From positions 310,001 to 374,000 of the forward strand of contig JBPGPT010000011.1 in assembly GCA_051047955.1 (NCBI GenBank): 64,000 bases of DNA, read 5' to 3'. The DNA is from Cystobasidiomycetes sp. EMM_F5. Taxonomy: Eukaryota. The translations under genes and the position numbers were made by a program. The notes below the pieces were generated by a model. That model did not search any database and had not been told where the DNA came from. It worked only from the letters and a program-made list of their open reading frames with translations. Positions 27,718 through 40,453 of this stretch are shown piece after piece. Within the stretch, counting starts at the first letter, position 1; each line of letters begins with the position of its first letter.

Positions 27718-29203
27718 ATGCCAGCACTGAATCTAGCTGCAAGAGCCGCCAATGGCGTGCATCATCTTCTTACCGGTATGGATCTACTCGTACTCGAGGA
27801 GTGTTTGATTATTCAGACTCGTAACATTAGGTTCTTACACGAATATGTCGCTCTATCTGCTGGCATTCGATTCCTCCGCGAAAACGCTGACTCTACAGAG
27901 CACGACTCCTGCTCCTGCCATTCATCAGTTTCTTGCGACAAACGCCAATCGCTCAATGCTATATGGGACAGGCGCCTCTGAACCGCCGCGAATGTACGCC
28001 TGGTCGATCAGACCGGACTTCAGCCTACAGTATGCGGATTTTGCAGACATCATGTCGTCGTCAGTTTACTTCACCCAAACGGAAGATTAGAAGACAGGTT
28101 ACATTACAGGTGGCGCATCTACCCAGGTGTGGAGTATTGACAGTGACGGCGGATTTGGCGAGAGAAAGCAAGAGATCCTGTATGTGCCATACAACGAAAT
28201 GACCACTGTCGATCGGACAAAGGCGTATACGGTATTATGCAAATCCATCTTTCACCAGTAGATTATGGTCTCACGGTACCTATCGTAGTTGCACGGCACC
28301 CATTCTGTCGACATCAACAAAAATGGTTTCATGTTTACTCCGCATCTGTAGGCTAGCATGGCCTTGAGTGCGATGTCATGACATTGACTCACGTCGTGAT
28401 TCTTCCACCACACAGCGATCTCAACATGATATTCATGTATAAAGTCGAAGCCAACGGCACCCTTACGCACGTTTATAATCAGACATCGCCAACTCCAGGT
28501 GACGGACCGCGCAATACTTATCCAAGCTCCGATGGTAACTTGTTATACGTTGTATGCTGGGTGCACTCGCCACGGACATGCTAGATTGCTGATTACCGCT
28601 ACTTCCTGCCCTGACAACCAGATTTCGGAGCATAGCGCAATGCTCGATGTATATAAGCTTGGAGCTAGCAACATGACGCATGTCCAGCGCGCTAGTACAA
28701 TTCCTGACAGTGCGTTCCCAGTCCTGGGCGTACGACAATCCATGACTAAGCTGCTTTTCCACATCTATTATCCTTGACAAATGCATATAGCTGCAAGGAA
28801 CACTACCTCTGTGTTTCGCGGAAATACCGCTCGACCATCTAGAGACGGAAGGTACATGTTTACGACGACCCGGGGAAGCGCCTCCAATGCGACAACGGGC
28901 GTCGCTTACTCCAACGGATTCGTCGCGGCTTTTGCTGTCAATTCCACTGGCTACCTCACAGGGGAAAGGCCTGTCTCTATGTTTGAAGCGCCGATCACGC
29001 TCGGTACGGCTGGGGGCATTCGCGTGCTCCCATTCGATGACGCGTCAAATCCTTCAATTACGGATTACATGTACCTTTCGGACAATTCGCAAGGCGTCAT
29101 GTATGTTTTGGGTTGGAGCCAGTCAAACGCGACCTTCAGCATCATTACCTCTCTAAAATATCCAAACGGCCAAACACCTTTTGAGGCAGTCTGGCTTGAC
29201 TAG
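27718..29203 (+). pseudogene. Lactonase-family 7-bladed beta-propeller (carboxymuconate cyclase/6-PGL-like) with in-frame TAG at 28088-28090; pseudogene, or sequence error/recoding
   Basis: HHLLTGSYTNMSLYLLAFD, HGTHSVDI, PGDGPRNTYPSSDGNLLYV, RPSRDGRYMFTTTRG, C-terminal AVWLD*; the frame continues through ...TED*KTGYITGG; many N-x-S/T sequons. Confidence 0.65.
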
Positions 29204-29262
29204 CTCCTATGCCGTGGCACAAATTATCAATACAACACGATATACACGTAAGGCCCATCGCA

Positions 29263-30975
29263 TTACTCCGCATTGACCACTGCTGAGGGAGGCGGCGGGA
29301 TTTGGTGATTATATACGTGCAAGTCGATACCCTTGTCCCGACACGTTGTAATGAATTCCAGCAGGTCCCTCTTGAATTTAGCATTCGCGAAGCCTGACAG
29401 TCCAATCCTTGTCAGACTTTTAAATTTGCCCATCTCTGCGATAAGAAAGGACAGCAGATCCTTCGCGACGATGCACGGCTTCTTTTTCGTGAATTCCCAG
29501 CTATTTCCTATGATATGCAAAGTTGATAGTGCTGGCAGTACTGCGGCATTGAGAATCGTTTGAACGACACGTAAGTCATCAGTTGATGGTGCACACGACA
29601 TCTCTAGATGTTGCAGGCGACCAAAGCACCGAGACCGCGCATTAGACCTGTTCCAATCCCGGAAAATCGAGTAATCACAAAGGAGACTGAGTCTACGCAG
29701 GACTGGAGCGATTGAAAGCATCGAAGCGAAATTTTTTTGAGGATCAACAGGTCCGGTGTCAAGAAGCTGCAGCTCGACATTCAAGCCCCGAGAGTAAGTG
29801 TTCCCAGTCAATGCCGTCTGTAAAGCATTCAAGAATGAGTTGAGAAACTCGAGTCGCCCTTGCATCTTGTGTATGTCGTAGAATATGGTGAAATCGAGCG
29901 TATGTATTGTTGGCAGACCGATGTCTAAACTTTCCCATCTCATGTCATAGTCCGCCAAACTCATCCAAATTCCAGCTGCAAGTCGTGTCAAACGAGGCAT
30001 GTCCCAAGCCATCAACAGGCAGGCTAATTGGTGGAACGTCATTTGTGTGTGGCAGCGGATCTCGAGCGAGATTAGCAAAGGCAAGCGGAGCTTGAATGCT
30101 GAGGCTTCTCCACTCGTGACGTCGAGACCGGCTATACAGAGATGGCGAAGGGAGCCAGCAGCGCTCGCCACCAAACCGAGATCTTTCAGGCGGCAGCTTG
30201 AACGTTCGAGGCTTAATCGCTCCAGAGAAGCTTTCACGTTAGATGCACCGCCAGACGAGGACGGCACAATGTGGCTGACAGTGTCGGTCAAGATAATATG
30301 CCGGATGTTGTTGAGAGAAGCGAGGCGCTCTCCCAAAGCTGGTTTCAACGACACGGGTCTCGATAATGAACGGAAAGTGACACGTCCGATCCGGAGATCA
30401 GTGAATATATCCAGCATTCCAGCAACGTGTGCCTCTAGTTGTACTGTAACGTCCCACACGAGTCTCGACTGATCGTTGCGGGTTCGCAAGAATGATACAA
30501 GCGACGACAGGCAGGGCATGCTTGTGCTGTGCAGCGTTTCGGCAGACGGCATTGTCACCATGATCTCGCACGACGTTGGGAGGTGGGTCAACAGGCTTTG
30601 GAGGCAGTGGCTAACGACGTCCGCATCTGGAATTGGCGTGAAGTCGAAATAGATGGCCAAACTTGTACATTCGCGGACATCCGAAGCCAGAGGCAGGTTA
30701 GGTAACCGGACGACGACCTGATTGTGCTGCAATTCCTTGACAATATTGGACACGGACTTGCTAACGAGTAACAGATTGATACGTGTCTGTACAGGCCATC
30801 AGTCAGCAGATCCGCGAGAGCTCTGTGAGCCACTTACCGTGGCGTTGGTATAGCCGATTATGGTCCGCAAAATGTCGATCGGCAATTTAGGTGTGCGTGC
30901 ATCCTGCCCTCTGCGGAAGCTTATATACCTGTAGATAACCAGGTCTGAGCGAAGTATTCGAGTTGCATCGTGCAT
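29263..30975 (-). CDS. F-box protein with LRR-like C-terminal region
   Basis: Spliced N-terminus LPIDILRTIIGYTNAT|TRINLLLVSKSVSNIV fits the F-box pattern; repeated LxxLxL units (LERLSL, LRHLCI, LISLEI, LRRLSL, LQHLEM, LSTLHI). Confidence 0.75.
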
Positions 30976-31753
30976 GGGAACCTACTTGGTCAGTGCAGAC
31001 TTGATTCTCATACCTAGTGGGGACAGCGAATGGGACTCGGTAGTTAGGTAGATATAAACGAAAGCCCTACTTGATTGTGGGATCCGAGGGTATATACCTG
31101 TCATACGGAAGCTTCGGTCAAACTGTCATTGGGCGCGCGTCGGACACTCAGCCCCCAAGCGTTCCAGATGTGCTGGTCTGGCTGATAAGCGTCCTCGAAG
31201 GCAGCGAATCAAGCTGACCAAGCACTGCAAACCCGAGATTTTGTACTTACAATCATATTCGCGTGCTTGAATTGCAATGCCTTGTTTACGCGATTTGCCT
31301 TCAGGCGGGAGAAGTGGACAAGGGTGGAAAAAAAGCGATCCGTATCCAGATGTCACGCGGGGATGCATTGGCATGTGCTCTTGATAAATGTCAATTATTG
31401 GTACTTAACGCTCGCTTGCATCGCATCGACCGTGATTTCTGATTGATTGTCAATGTCGGATTTATACAATGTGAGGGATAGTGCAAGTAATGCTGCGCGC
31501 CCAGAACAATAGTGTTTAGTCTCTGTAGGTGCACATGTTCCTGCCCGATAGATGTATACGTCGAAGGTACAGAACAATTCCTGCGAAGTCAGTGTACAAA
31601 GTCAGTGCATCAGTCAGTTACCGGATAGATGGGCATAAATAAGATAGTGGACGCGGAAGAGTAGGTTAACCTGTCAACGACCAGCTTGACCGCAGCGTTG
31701 CCGACAAAAAGGAGAGAAAAGTCTGACTGCTACAACACCTTGAAGCGACAACC

Positions 31754-32519
31754 TTACTTGGCTTTGGCAGCCTCTGCCTCCTCCTTGGCAGCAATGCGTT
31801 TCGCACGGACACCGACGTACCGCGCGTCGGATTGCTCCTTGCGTAGGGTAGCGTAGGCGTTGAAATCCTTCTCCTCTTGGGTGATCGCTCGCGGCTTCTC
31901 GGCAACGGAAGATGGTGGCAGGGGGAATGCAGCGGAAAGAACGTTGGTGGTTTCGGCTTTGAGGTCGTCGCCCTACGAACAAAGAAAGTGCTCGGTAAGC
32001 CTTCATTGTCAAATTAGCAAGTCACAGCAACGTACGGTCGAGTCACCCTTCTTTGACTTTTTGCTGTTGCGTGGGAAGACTACCAAGCGCGCCTTGTAAG
32101 CTTGCAGACGCTCAACATTCCTGTTGAATCGCTCCTCGCTTCTGCTGCGAGCACGGTGGTCGACGCAGATGCCGAGAGACAGAGCCTCCTTCTTGCGGAT
32201 ACCGGCAGCCTTGACCTCCTCGATAGAGAAGCCACGGCCCTCACGGATCTTGGTGTTGTAACGGATCGAAGGGCATCGTACAGCGGGTCGTAAGAGGTCC
32301 GTCGGTCTGGAAAGTTTTATTGGGTCAAAATGTGAGCTGGATGCGCTTTGCAGAACAGAAGACTACAACCAACCTGGCACCGAGCTTTGCGGCCTTTTGT
32401 TGGCGGGCCGTGCGGCGTGCCTTCTTGCGACCAGCTTGGTCAAACCAAGTCCGGACTCGGCGTTGCCAGTCCTTGTGGAAGTGGTTGGCGGCTAAGACGT
32501 TATTGCCGTGGACTGCCAT
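31754..32519 (-). CDS. RPL13: 60S ribosomal protein eL13
   Basis: MAVHGNNVLAANHFHKDWQRRVRTWFDQAGRKKARR...LLRPAVRCPSIRYNTKIREGRGFS...; 3 coding exons. Confidence 0.97.
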
Positions 32520-32991
32520 TTCTACGAGTTGATAAATAGTGTATGCAGCGGTTGAGAGAACGAAATTGTCGGAAGCCAGTCGACCATGGCATTGCCGGCG
32601 ATATTGTATTTGATGAATCAAGTCGCAAAGTAGTCATTCGACGCCGGACAAAGGGAATCCAGAGGTAGGACATAGACGGCAGCGGCATGGTTTATCGAGG
32701 CAGAGTCGTAACATGGTCGCGCAGCATGGTTGTATCATAGATTGGCGAGGTCGTACAGCATATTTGTCGTTCGTACCAGGAAAGCAGGGCGAGAAAGGAC
32801 ATTGTCAGAATTGCCAGACATCCCGCTGCAGCTGGCCAGCAGCAGCACTCACCTCAATATCGATGGGGTTTCCTGGTCGTCGACGAGTCCTTCGTGGCCT
32901 CTTCTTTCTCTCTCCCGCGAACTTCCGATCACCGAGAAAAATCGAAGTCGAAAAATCTCTTCCCCGCTGGAATCCCAGATCCCGAAAGAGC

Positions 32992-33991
32992 ATGCAACTG
33001 GAGAGCCGTGGACTGGAGAAAGCAAGCCGCTGGCTGGCGTCACATCGCAAGCTCCCGAAAAGAGTCTGCTTTTCGTTTGTCCAAGGAGCTCAGTTTGTAG
33101 CCATCGGTGTCAGGTTGGTCAATGGTCAGAATGTGTCATCGTAACGTCAATAATGCCCAATACACAAATCGTGCTTTCTTTCCATCAGAGGTGCATACTT
33201 GGCCGATACGCTGACCCTTGAGTTGGACGATCTTCAGGCCGTTTTGATTGGCTTGCGGACTGTACGCTGAGAGCATACCCAAAGCGAGATTATGCCGCAC
33301 TAACAGCACCCTCCTACAATCTGACCTGACGTAAAGTGTGATGCGTGTTTCAACAACGTCCGACTTTTTCACGAGATCTTTACGGGACAAACCTTCGTAG
33401 TGCGCAAGACAGCTGCGAACGTCTTTCAACTACGGCCAGATCCCGTCTACGTAAACCCTGAAACCAATATCACAATCGAAGTCAGTGTTGTTTGAGTTTA
33501 TTTATGCTATGCCCCAGCTAATTGACGCGGTGTACCGCTAGCTTGACGACCTGCCTGAAGCCCTGTCCCGTATTATAACAGATCTGCAAGAATGCGACAC
33601 AGATATATGCGTCTTGGACGTGCGAGGATACACGTCCGGAGACGTCGAAGCACAAAATCTCATGGTCGCCGTTGCAGGTTGGCTGCTTGAGTATCCCTTC
33701 GTTTACCTTCCGCAAGTACGAAACACGGCAGGACAGACTGGCGAGAGTCTGCAAAATGTGAATGTTGCAGTCATTGCGTATCACCTGTCCTTGCTGGCAG
33801 ACAGCGAGGATAAGCTGGTCCTTTTGCAGTGTTCTGTACCTGAAACAGTATTGGAGAAGACTCCGTCATGGCGGGCTCATCTGGAAGCGTATAGGGCAGC
33901 CATGTCCAGGAGGGCAGAAGCAGCGGTACACGGAGCAAGCGTGTCAATGGATATCAAGAGAAACTGCTACTTCGACAGGCTTGCGCTGTAG
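32992..33991 (+). CDS. C1orf74/UPF0739 (DUF4504)-like protein
   Basis: Spliced FVAIGVR|GAYLAD and VAVAGWLLEYPFVY, LLQCSVP resemble motifs I recall for this family; 4 exons. Confidence 0.65.
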
Positions 33992-34153
33992 CTAGTATGC
34001 TTAGATGGTACAACATCAAGTAGTCATGGGTGGGTCGTGATTTTCGTGACGTAGTCCGCGGGCCTCACCTGCCTGCCAATGGGCGTACGTGCTTGTGTGT
34101 ACTACAGAAACAGACATGCGGACACTCCACCGGCCTGGTTGCCTACGCCAGAG

Positions 34154-37100
34154 TCATTGCTTGTTGCGATGAAGTGAGAATCGTGATTTCGTCTTGATTG
34201 ATGACGCCGGCGCGTCGGCAGATGAAGGTGTGAATGCATATGCGGGTGAGTTACGCGAGGGCTCTGGAGTTCCAGGAGTGGCAGCTGCGGTCCAGGCCAA
34301 GCGCAACTGTACAGTTCTTTCCTCGATAAGTAGCTCGACATCCTGTGCATCACGAATCCCAGGATGAATGTATTTCCACACATCTATGTCGGTCGACCCA
34401 ACCTCCTTGTCCTTGCCGAGCGTCTTTTTCGCGTTGATGGTAACGGTGAGAGTCAATGCCTGAGGCAGCGTCTTGAAAAGAAAGGCTTCAAAAGTTCCAG
34501 TCGAACCTTTGATGGTATGGGTTTTGTCTGGAGATTGATTTGGGCGGCTGACTGCGGTCGAGAAAGGTACCTTGTCAGCAAACAACGCATGCCCCGAAGT
34601 CGATATCACTTACCGGACACATACTCCTTCGTATCCTCTTTTGCGCCAGAGAGTTTGATGATTGTGATCTGGAGATCTCCAAACCCTGGCACACCACTGA
34701 GAGGCGTCATTGAGACTGTGCCGTTGATATTCTGACTGCCCGAATGGTGCGTAGGCGAAGGGTCGCCACTGATTGAAGCAATGTCTTTCTTAGCGGGTGT
34801 GCTGAACGATGGATCTACGGTGCCGTCATAGCTTCGCCTGCCTGGCACCATGCGATGTGCGCCGTGAAGTAAACCCTTGCCGACGGATGTAGCCCCACTG
34901 CCTACCACATTCACGCTGGTCCAGGCAACTTTGCCGCCCTAAACGAAATCGCCCAAGTCAGGGTTGCAGCATAAAGGAGCCTGTTGCGGCAACTCGCCTT
35001 GCCAACAATTTGTGCACCTCCAGCAAGACCAGTGGCAGCTGCTCCAGTGATGAAATTGCCATGCAGGGTGCTTGTTGCTCCTCGTGTGCGGTACAGATTC
35101 TGGGTTGCTCATCAATCAGCTATTTCAGCACCCGGCAATCAAAGAACTCACTCCAGGTGTGAAAATGAGGCTGACGTTCAGTGTACCCTGTTGCTGTCCA
35201 CCTGGGCCAAGCACAGGCAGACTTTGCAACTTTGCCGAGAATGGTTCAATGTCTAGAACGTTTATTCTGCACCCCCCCAACGGATCAGATGCAGAGACCC
35301 TATCCCAGTCGAACACTGGAGCAATGGGTGTCAACATAGCCTGTCGTGACGTTCACACCGGGGGACATACCCTCAACCGTCAATTCTGCATTCCATCGCG
35401 AGAATACCTCGATATCGAAATGCTGCAAATAATTGTCACGCCCATACCACACCACGTGTCACAGTAGAGCTCACCTCATTCCATTTGGGATTTAGTGTTT
35501 TCTTTTGGATGGACGTCTTCGCATGTTGCATTTTGACCTTGTTGAGATAGATCTGACAGTAGGGATCGCTTTTCCCGTTGCGGTCTGCCGCCTTGAGGTT
35601 GATTGCATCTATAATGGTCACACGTATCATACCACAATCTTGCATAAAAAGGGTTAGTCCGCGTGCGTCGCCTGACCGATGCATAACCCACTGAGAGACG
35701 TTTCCCGCAGCTCCAGCTGGATCGGTACAGGTATGAACTTCGCTCTCAGGTTGATGCGAGACGTGATAACCGCTTGTTCAGGATGTTTGTCGTTTACAAG
35801 CTCTAGCACACCCTGGTGATCTAGGCACTTCTCCAGCAGATGCCGCAGCGATGTGGTCAATTCCGCCTGGACATCTTCCTTGCTATCTTTTCCGGCAGTA
35901 TTCAGCTTCAGGGTTATTTGAGCATTGTCCATCTCTCGAATAAATGTTTCGCCGACTTCGTCCCACAGGTTGCTGTCGACTGTTCTAGCGGCCGCGGTAG
36001 AATCTATTGAGGCGATCATGTTCAGCTCACTGGATTGCTTCATGGGCAGTCCTTGACTCACATTCTGGCCAAAATGCGCCAGCCTGCGATATTTCCAGCC
36101 GGGCCCCCTTTCGTACATGTTCGCCCGAAATGATGTGAAATGCAAATACTCCAGAGCCTGCGCATGACGGTCATCAGCAGCTATGAGGTGCGTAACCCAA
36201 TCACAGAGAGCGTACCGCTAGAGAGCAGCTCTTCTTTCGTCATTACTACACCATCGTTGTTTGCTGCGGTTGTCGAAAAAGTAGCAGCTGTGTTATGAGT
36301 TGCTACCGTCGACAAACTCGCTAGTGATGCATTCGTACGATGGGTCAGCTGACGCGGTCTGCCTGCGTCGACGCCGTTGCGCGTGTCCGTGAATACATCG
36401 CCTGAGGCCGTCTTCTCGGGCAGGTCGCTTATGGCTGCATTCTGTTCATCCCTCGGCATGTGATCAGCCGTATGCGTTGACGGGCTGTTAACAACCATCG
36501 AAGCACTGTACTCGGGCGATGTGGGAGAAAGTGCGGACAGTGGCGAAAGTAGAGTAGGGGCAGGATCAAAACGAACATTGCGAAGGTTGACAGTCGGATG
36601 GAATGTTACTGAGTAATTCAGTTCTCCCTTTGCTGTTTTACCGTTATCGGTTACCAAGCGTGCGGTACGTTCAAACTTGTCTCCTGCCACATAGGGCTGT
36701 GTCTTGTCCGGTCCTGCTTTGATGATCGCATCGACTTGAAATTTGGTGAGACCTAATGTCCGGTCCTTCGTATTTTCCTGATAGTCCATGCATTCGAATA
36801 CAAGAGTCTCGTTTGTGCTTGCATTTCACGTGTTAGATACAGCATGGCGATGGTCGGAAAAAACTTCGCATACCTGTGTACCGGTACATAGAGTATTTCG
36901 TCGAATTTGGGGTCTAAATTATTGTTGAAGACCAGGGTTCTGGCGACCACCAGACCGTTGCGAAGGACACGGACATAGGGGTCGGACTTGCCCGCTGTAT
37001 CATAACCCCGAAATGCCCTCAGTCTGGAATGTTGTGACCGGTGTTCCCGAACTCACCAGTAAGCTTCTCGACATTTTTCAGATCCGAAGCCGATTCGAAC

Positions 37101-39870
37101 AAGATCCGCGCAATTCCAATTGGTTTTCGGAAGTCTCTAGCCGAGTTCACAGCACCAGCCATAATGACAGGCTTGAATGTGGCGCTCATTCGTACTTTGC
37201 CATTCGTGCTCCCTAAAGGGAACCAGTCCTGCCCGCGCTCAGTGGCAGTCAAGATATCCACCAAGTTGATGTTCAGCTTTCCGATGACCGGGTCTGTGGC
37301 GAAGTCGGCTTTGTGAATGACTTGGACACCAATGACTGCATCGCGCTTCGCAGTCACCAGGAATTCCGTATGCGTCTCCCACATAGGATTGTGGTTACGT
37401 TTAAAAGTAGGTGTTGTACAAATCACTTTGCCCTTGAGGTAGATCTCCGCGAATGCATTGCATTCTGCAATACCTTTGCCGACCTTGAGATCTTTGGCCT
37501 GATGCAGTGTCAGACGAACGATACCGGTATCTGAATCAAGCTTAGCTTAGAGAGTATTTCAAGGAGAACAATTCACGCACTCGACTCAGGGAGCGGCTCG
37601 TCTGAGCCGTCACTTGATTTGCCAGGCTTGACGACCGGGAAATAGCGGACACTGTATTCAAGCTCGCCTCTATCCTTAGCATTCAATACCACGGGGACAT
37701 GAAGATTGTCCTGCTCGACGTCCGCCTCTAAGGTCTTGCAGTCAAACGCCGCAGAACCCAATTCTCCGTCTTTACGGACTTCGTTAAAGTCCAGTATGTT
37801 CAGAACGAGTGGATCGTTGAATGAATTGATGAGAATGAAGAATGTCTCATTCCAATGCGGATTGGGCCTTTTTGCCAAATGCAAATGCGTCAGCTACAGT
37901 TTTGCCCACTGCTAAAAGCGACCAGCAAGATATCCACTTACGTGTTTGACTTGACGGTGGTTTTCGCAACATCCAATTTTGAACCTACAGATACCCTGAT
38001 ATAAGGATCCGGCATGCCTCCAGCGAATTTGACACCTTTCAGGCCTCGAGCGTTATGGATCGTCAGCTGAATAACTCCAATCGCCGTGTCGATAGGTGCC
38101 AAGGACAACAGCTGCTCCAAATTGATGGTGAAGACATTCGGGTCATACATCATGGGACCAAGCGTGGCATGCACCTGATTGTTGCTGTGTACCAAGTCAG
38201 TAAGAGCAGGTCGTACGCTGTTGCATAGGCCAATTAAATCTTACATGAAGTTTGCCAGTCCTGGAATCATGTTCAGATCGAAGCCCAAAGGTTTAGCGGC
38301 GTAGTCTATTTGCGGCCTTTCGATGAAGCTGGCAATATTTGTCAGCGTGAGTGACCACATCCGCCATCATGACCATGTACCTCAAATCCATAGTCTGTAC
38401 GTGAGGAAACCTCTGCATGAGTTTGAGAGTAAGACGCATTGTCCCCGCAAACGAGACATCCTCTACGATGATGTCTTTTGCTGCCGAAACCTTGCCCTTG
38501 CCTACCCGCAGGGTCAGCGCTATCTTGGGATTCACTTTGTCGGCAGCTTCCCGTATCGTCATGTCTGCCGTGTCGTTGGGTGTAAACGATATCTTCCAGT
38601 CCATGACGATAACATTGGTCGGTGCCCCAGCATGAGTGCGAATAAAGTCTATTCGCGGAGCTTTGGTGCCAAGCGTAAAGTGCGTAAGGCGCATCGACTC
38701 TACTCCAGGAGGAGCGCTCAAAGCGAGTGTGTAGTCGACACTCGCAACTATTGTGGCCGACAGAACGGGTTCGTATATCAACCAGAAACTAGACAGAAAG
38801 TTGTTCATCCATTCAACACTTTCCTTGTCGTCAAACATCCTTTGCTTGGACAGCTGACGGTTTATATCGTCTCTGGCTCGGTACCGAACTCGCTCCACCG
38901 AAGTCCGATAGTATGTTGAACAGACTGCGAGTATGATGAGTAGCCAGCTACGGAGATGATAGCAATGTCAATGTGGAATGCTAGCTGTGCAATTGAGGGG
39001 ACTTGCCCTTTGCCTCCGCCAAAGACAGTCACGAAATGCGATGACCAGACGGCAAAGAATATGATTGCGGCGCTGTTTCGGAGAAATGCATCAGTTGAGG
39101 CAGGGAGTTGTAACAACCATACGACCTACTTGTGATACCAAGCACCGTAGTAGCTCTCGCTCACAAACTCCTCGAGCAAGCCTATATGCCTCGCTTCGAC
39201 GATATCGCCACCGGTGTCCATGACCGCCTGACTTTGGGCTCGCCAACCGACGCGATACCATTCGGGAATGGCTGCTGCAATCTCAGAGGGCAGTCCTCCT
39301 GGTATCGCAGCTTGACTTGCAGCTTGGGTGTCTGGTGCACGCTGCTGTTCGGCCTTCGACGCGGCTGATACATCCGCCAGAGTTATCGTAGGCTTTACAT
39401 TGTGCCCACCAATGTCAGTAACAACCTCTGAGCAGATGTAGCTCCATAACGTAAGATAGGCACTACGGCACGTGCAGGACTGCTCTCGCACCAGTTCCTC
39501 CGTGACGCCTGTCGTGCAACCTGCCAGTCAATGGCTCCAGTCTCTCCTTGACGTCGCTCAGAGCCTGTGCTCGTTTTTGTTCTGGCGAGGCTTCTGGGTC
39601 GAAATTGTGGATGCTGTGAATAGACGACCGAGGATACAATTAGCAAACGCAAGTCAGTCAAGTGAAGTGGAATAGTCAGACATCAGCATCCGCAATCAGC
39701 CGTGCAATATCTTCTCGGACTACCTACACTGCACCGCGAGCCTCCATATCCTTGACGTCGGCCAGGGCTTCTTCTCTGCTGACGGGCGGTTTGACGTGAT
39801 ATCCATTTGTAAGGCTGGACGGCTGCTCTGCCATGTCGCGGCTGACGACCCCGTCCAGCGAGGCTGCCAT
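34154..39870 (-). CDS. Tricalbin (TM hairpin + SMP + multiple C2 domains)
   Basis: ESVEWMNNFLSSFWLIYEPVLS...LTHFTLGTKAPRID (SMP); C2 domains GVIQLTIHNARGL, GKSDPYVRV, LKAADRNGKSDPYC, VFDWDRV; more than 15 exons. Confidence 0.95.
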
Positions 39871-40453
39871 TGTGCAGCTAGTCGCAGTATTGCAGCTTCA
39901 GAATGTCGGGCAAAAGTGTTGGGCTGCCAGCTGTCAGCATGATGCGACAAGGTGCCTGGACCAGAATGGCCGTGTTGACTTTGAAATATCAAGTATACAA
40001 GTATACAAGACTGCGCATCTCAACGGGCATGCGCTCACTCTATCTACAGCTGTATCCCAGGCTGCTTCAAAGGCTCCATCACAAAAATGACCTCTTTGAT
40101 TGACAAAGTCGGGTAACCAGCGGTCACCCCACGGATATCGTCCACAAACGAGCGCATTCTGACCGACTGTCGCTTGTCCGCTGACGAAGTTGACTGACTT
40201 GGGCTACTGCTGATACTCGGCCTGCAGCTCCCGGGCAATAAGTTCTTTATTCCGTACCTGAGAGTGACGTTGCATCCTAGAACCTGAGGCCCCGGATTAC
40301 TTTGTAGCCGGGCATCAGGCAAAACGGATGGAAACATGTGCGTCGAGACGCAGAGATGTCGTTCTGCGCTCGCCAACACGCTCATCCACCATCATACTGA
40401 CTTGGTCGCAAAACTTGGGCAATATTCTCGCTGGCCTTCACCTGTTCGGCGTT

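Noticed and set aside
32700..33070. Possible structured ncRNA (U3, RNase P/MRP, snoRNA)
   Set aside because: No convincing conserved boxes; explained by the RPL13 leader intron and the first exon of the divergent gene.
33322..33324. Apparent in-frame TGA in the C1orf74-like gene
   Set aside because: Falls inside a plausible intron 33262-33336 (GTACGC...CTGAC...AAG).
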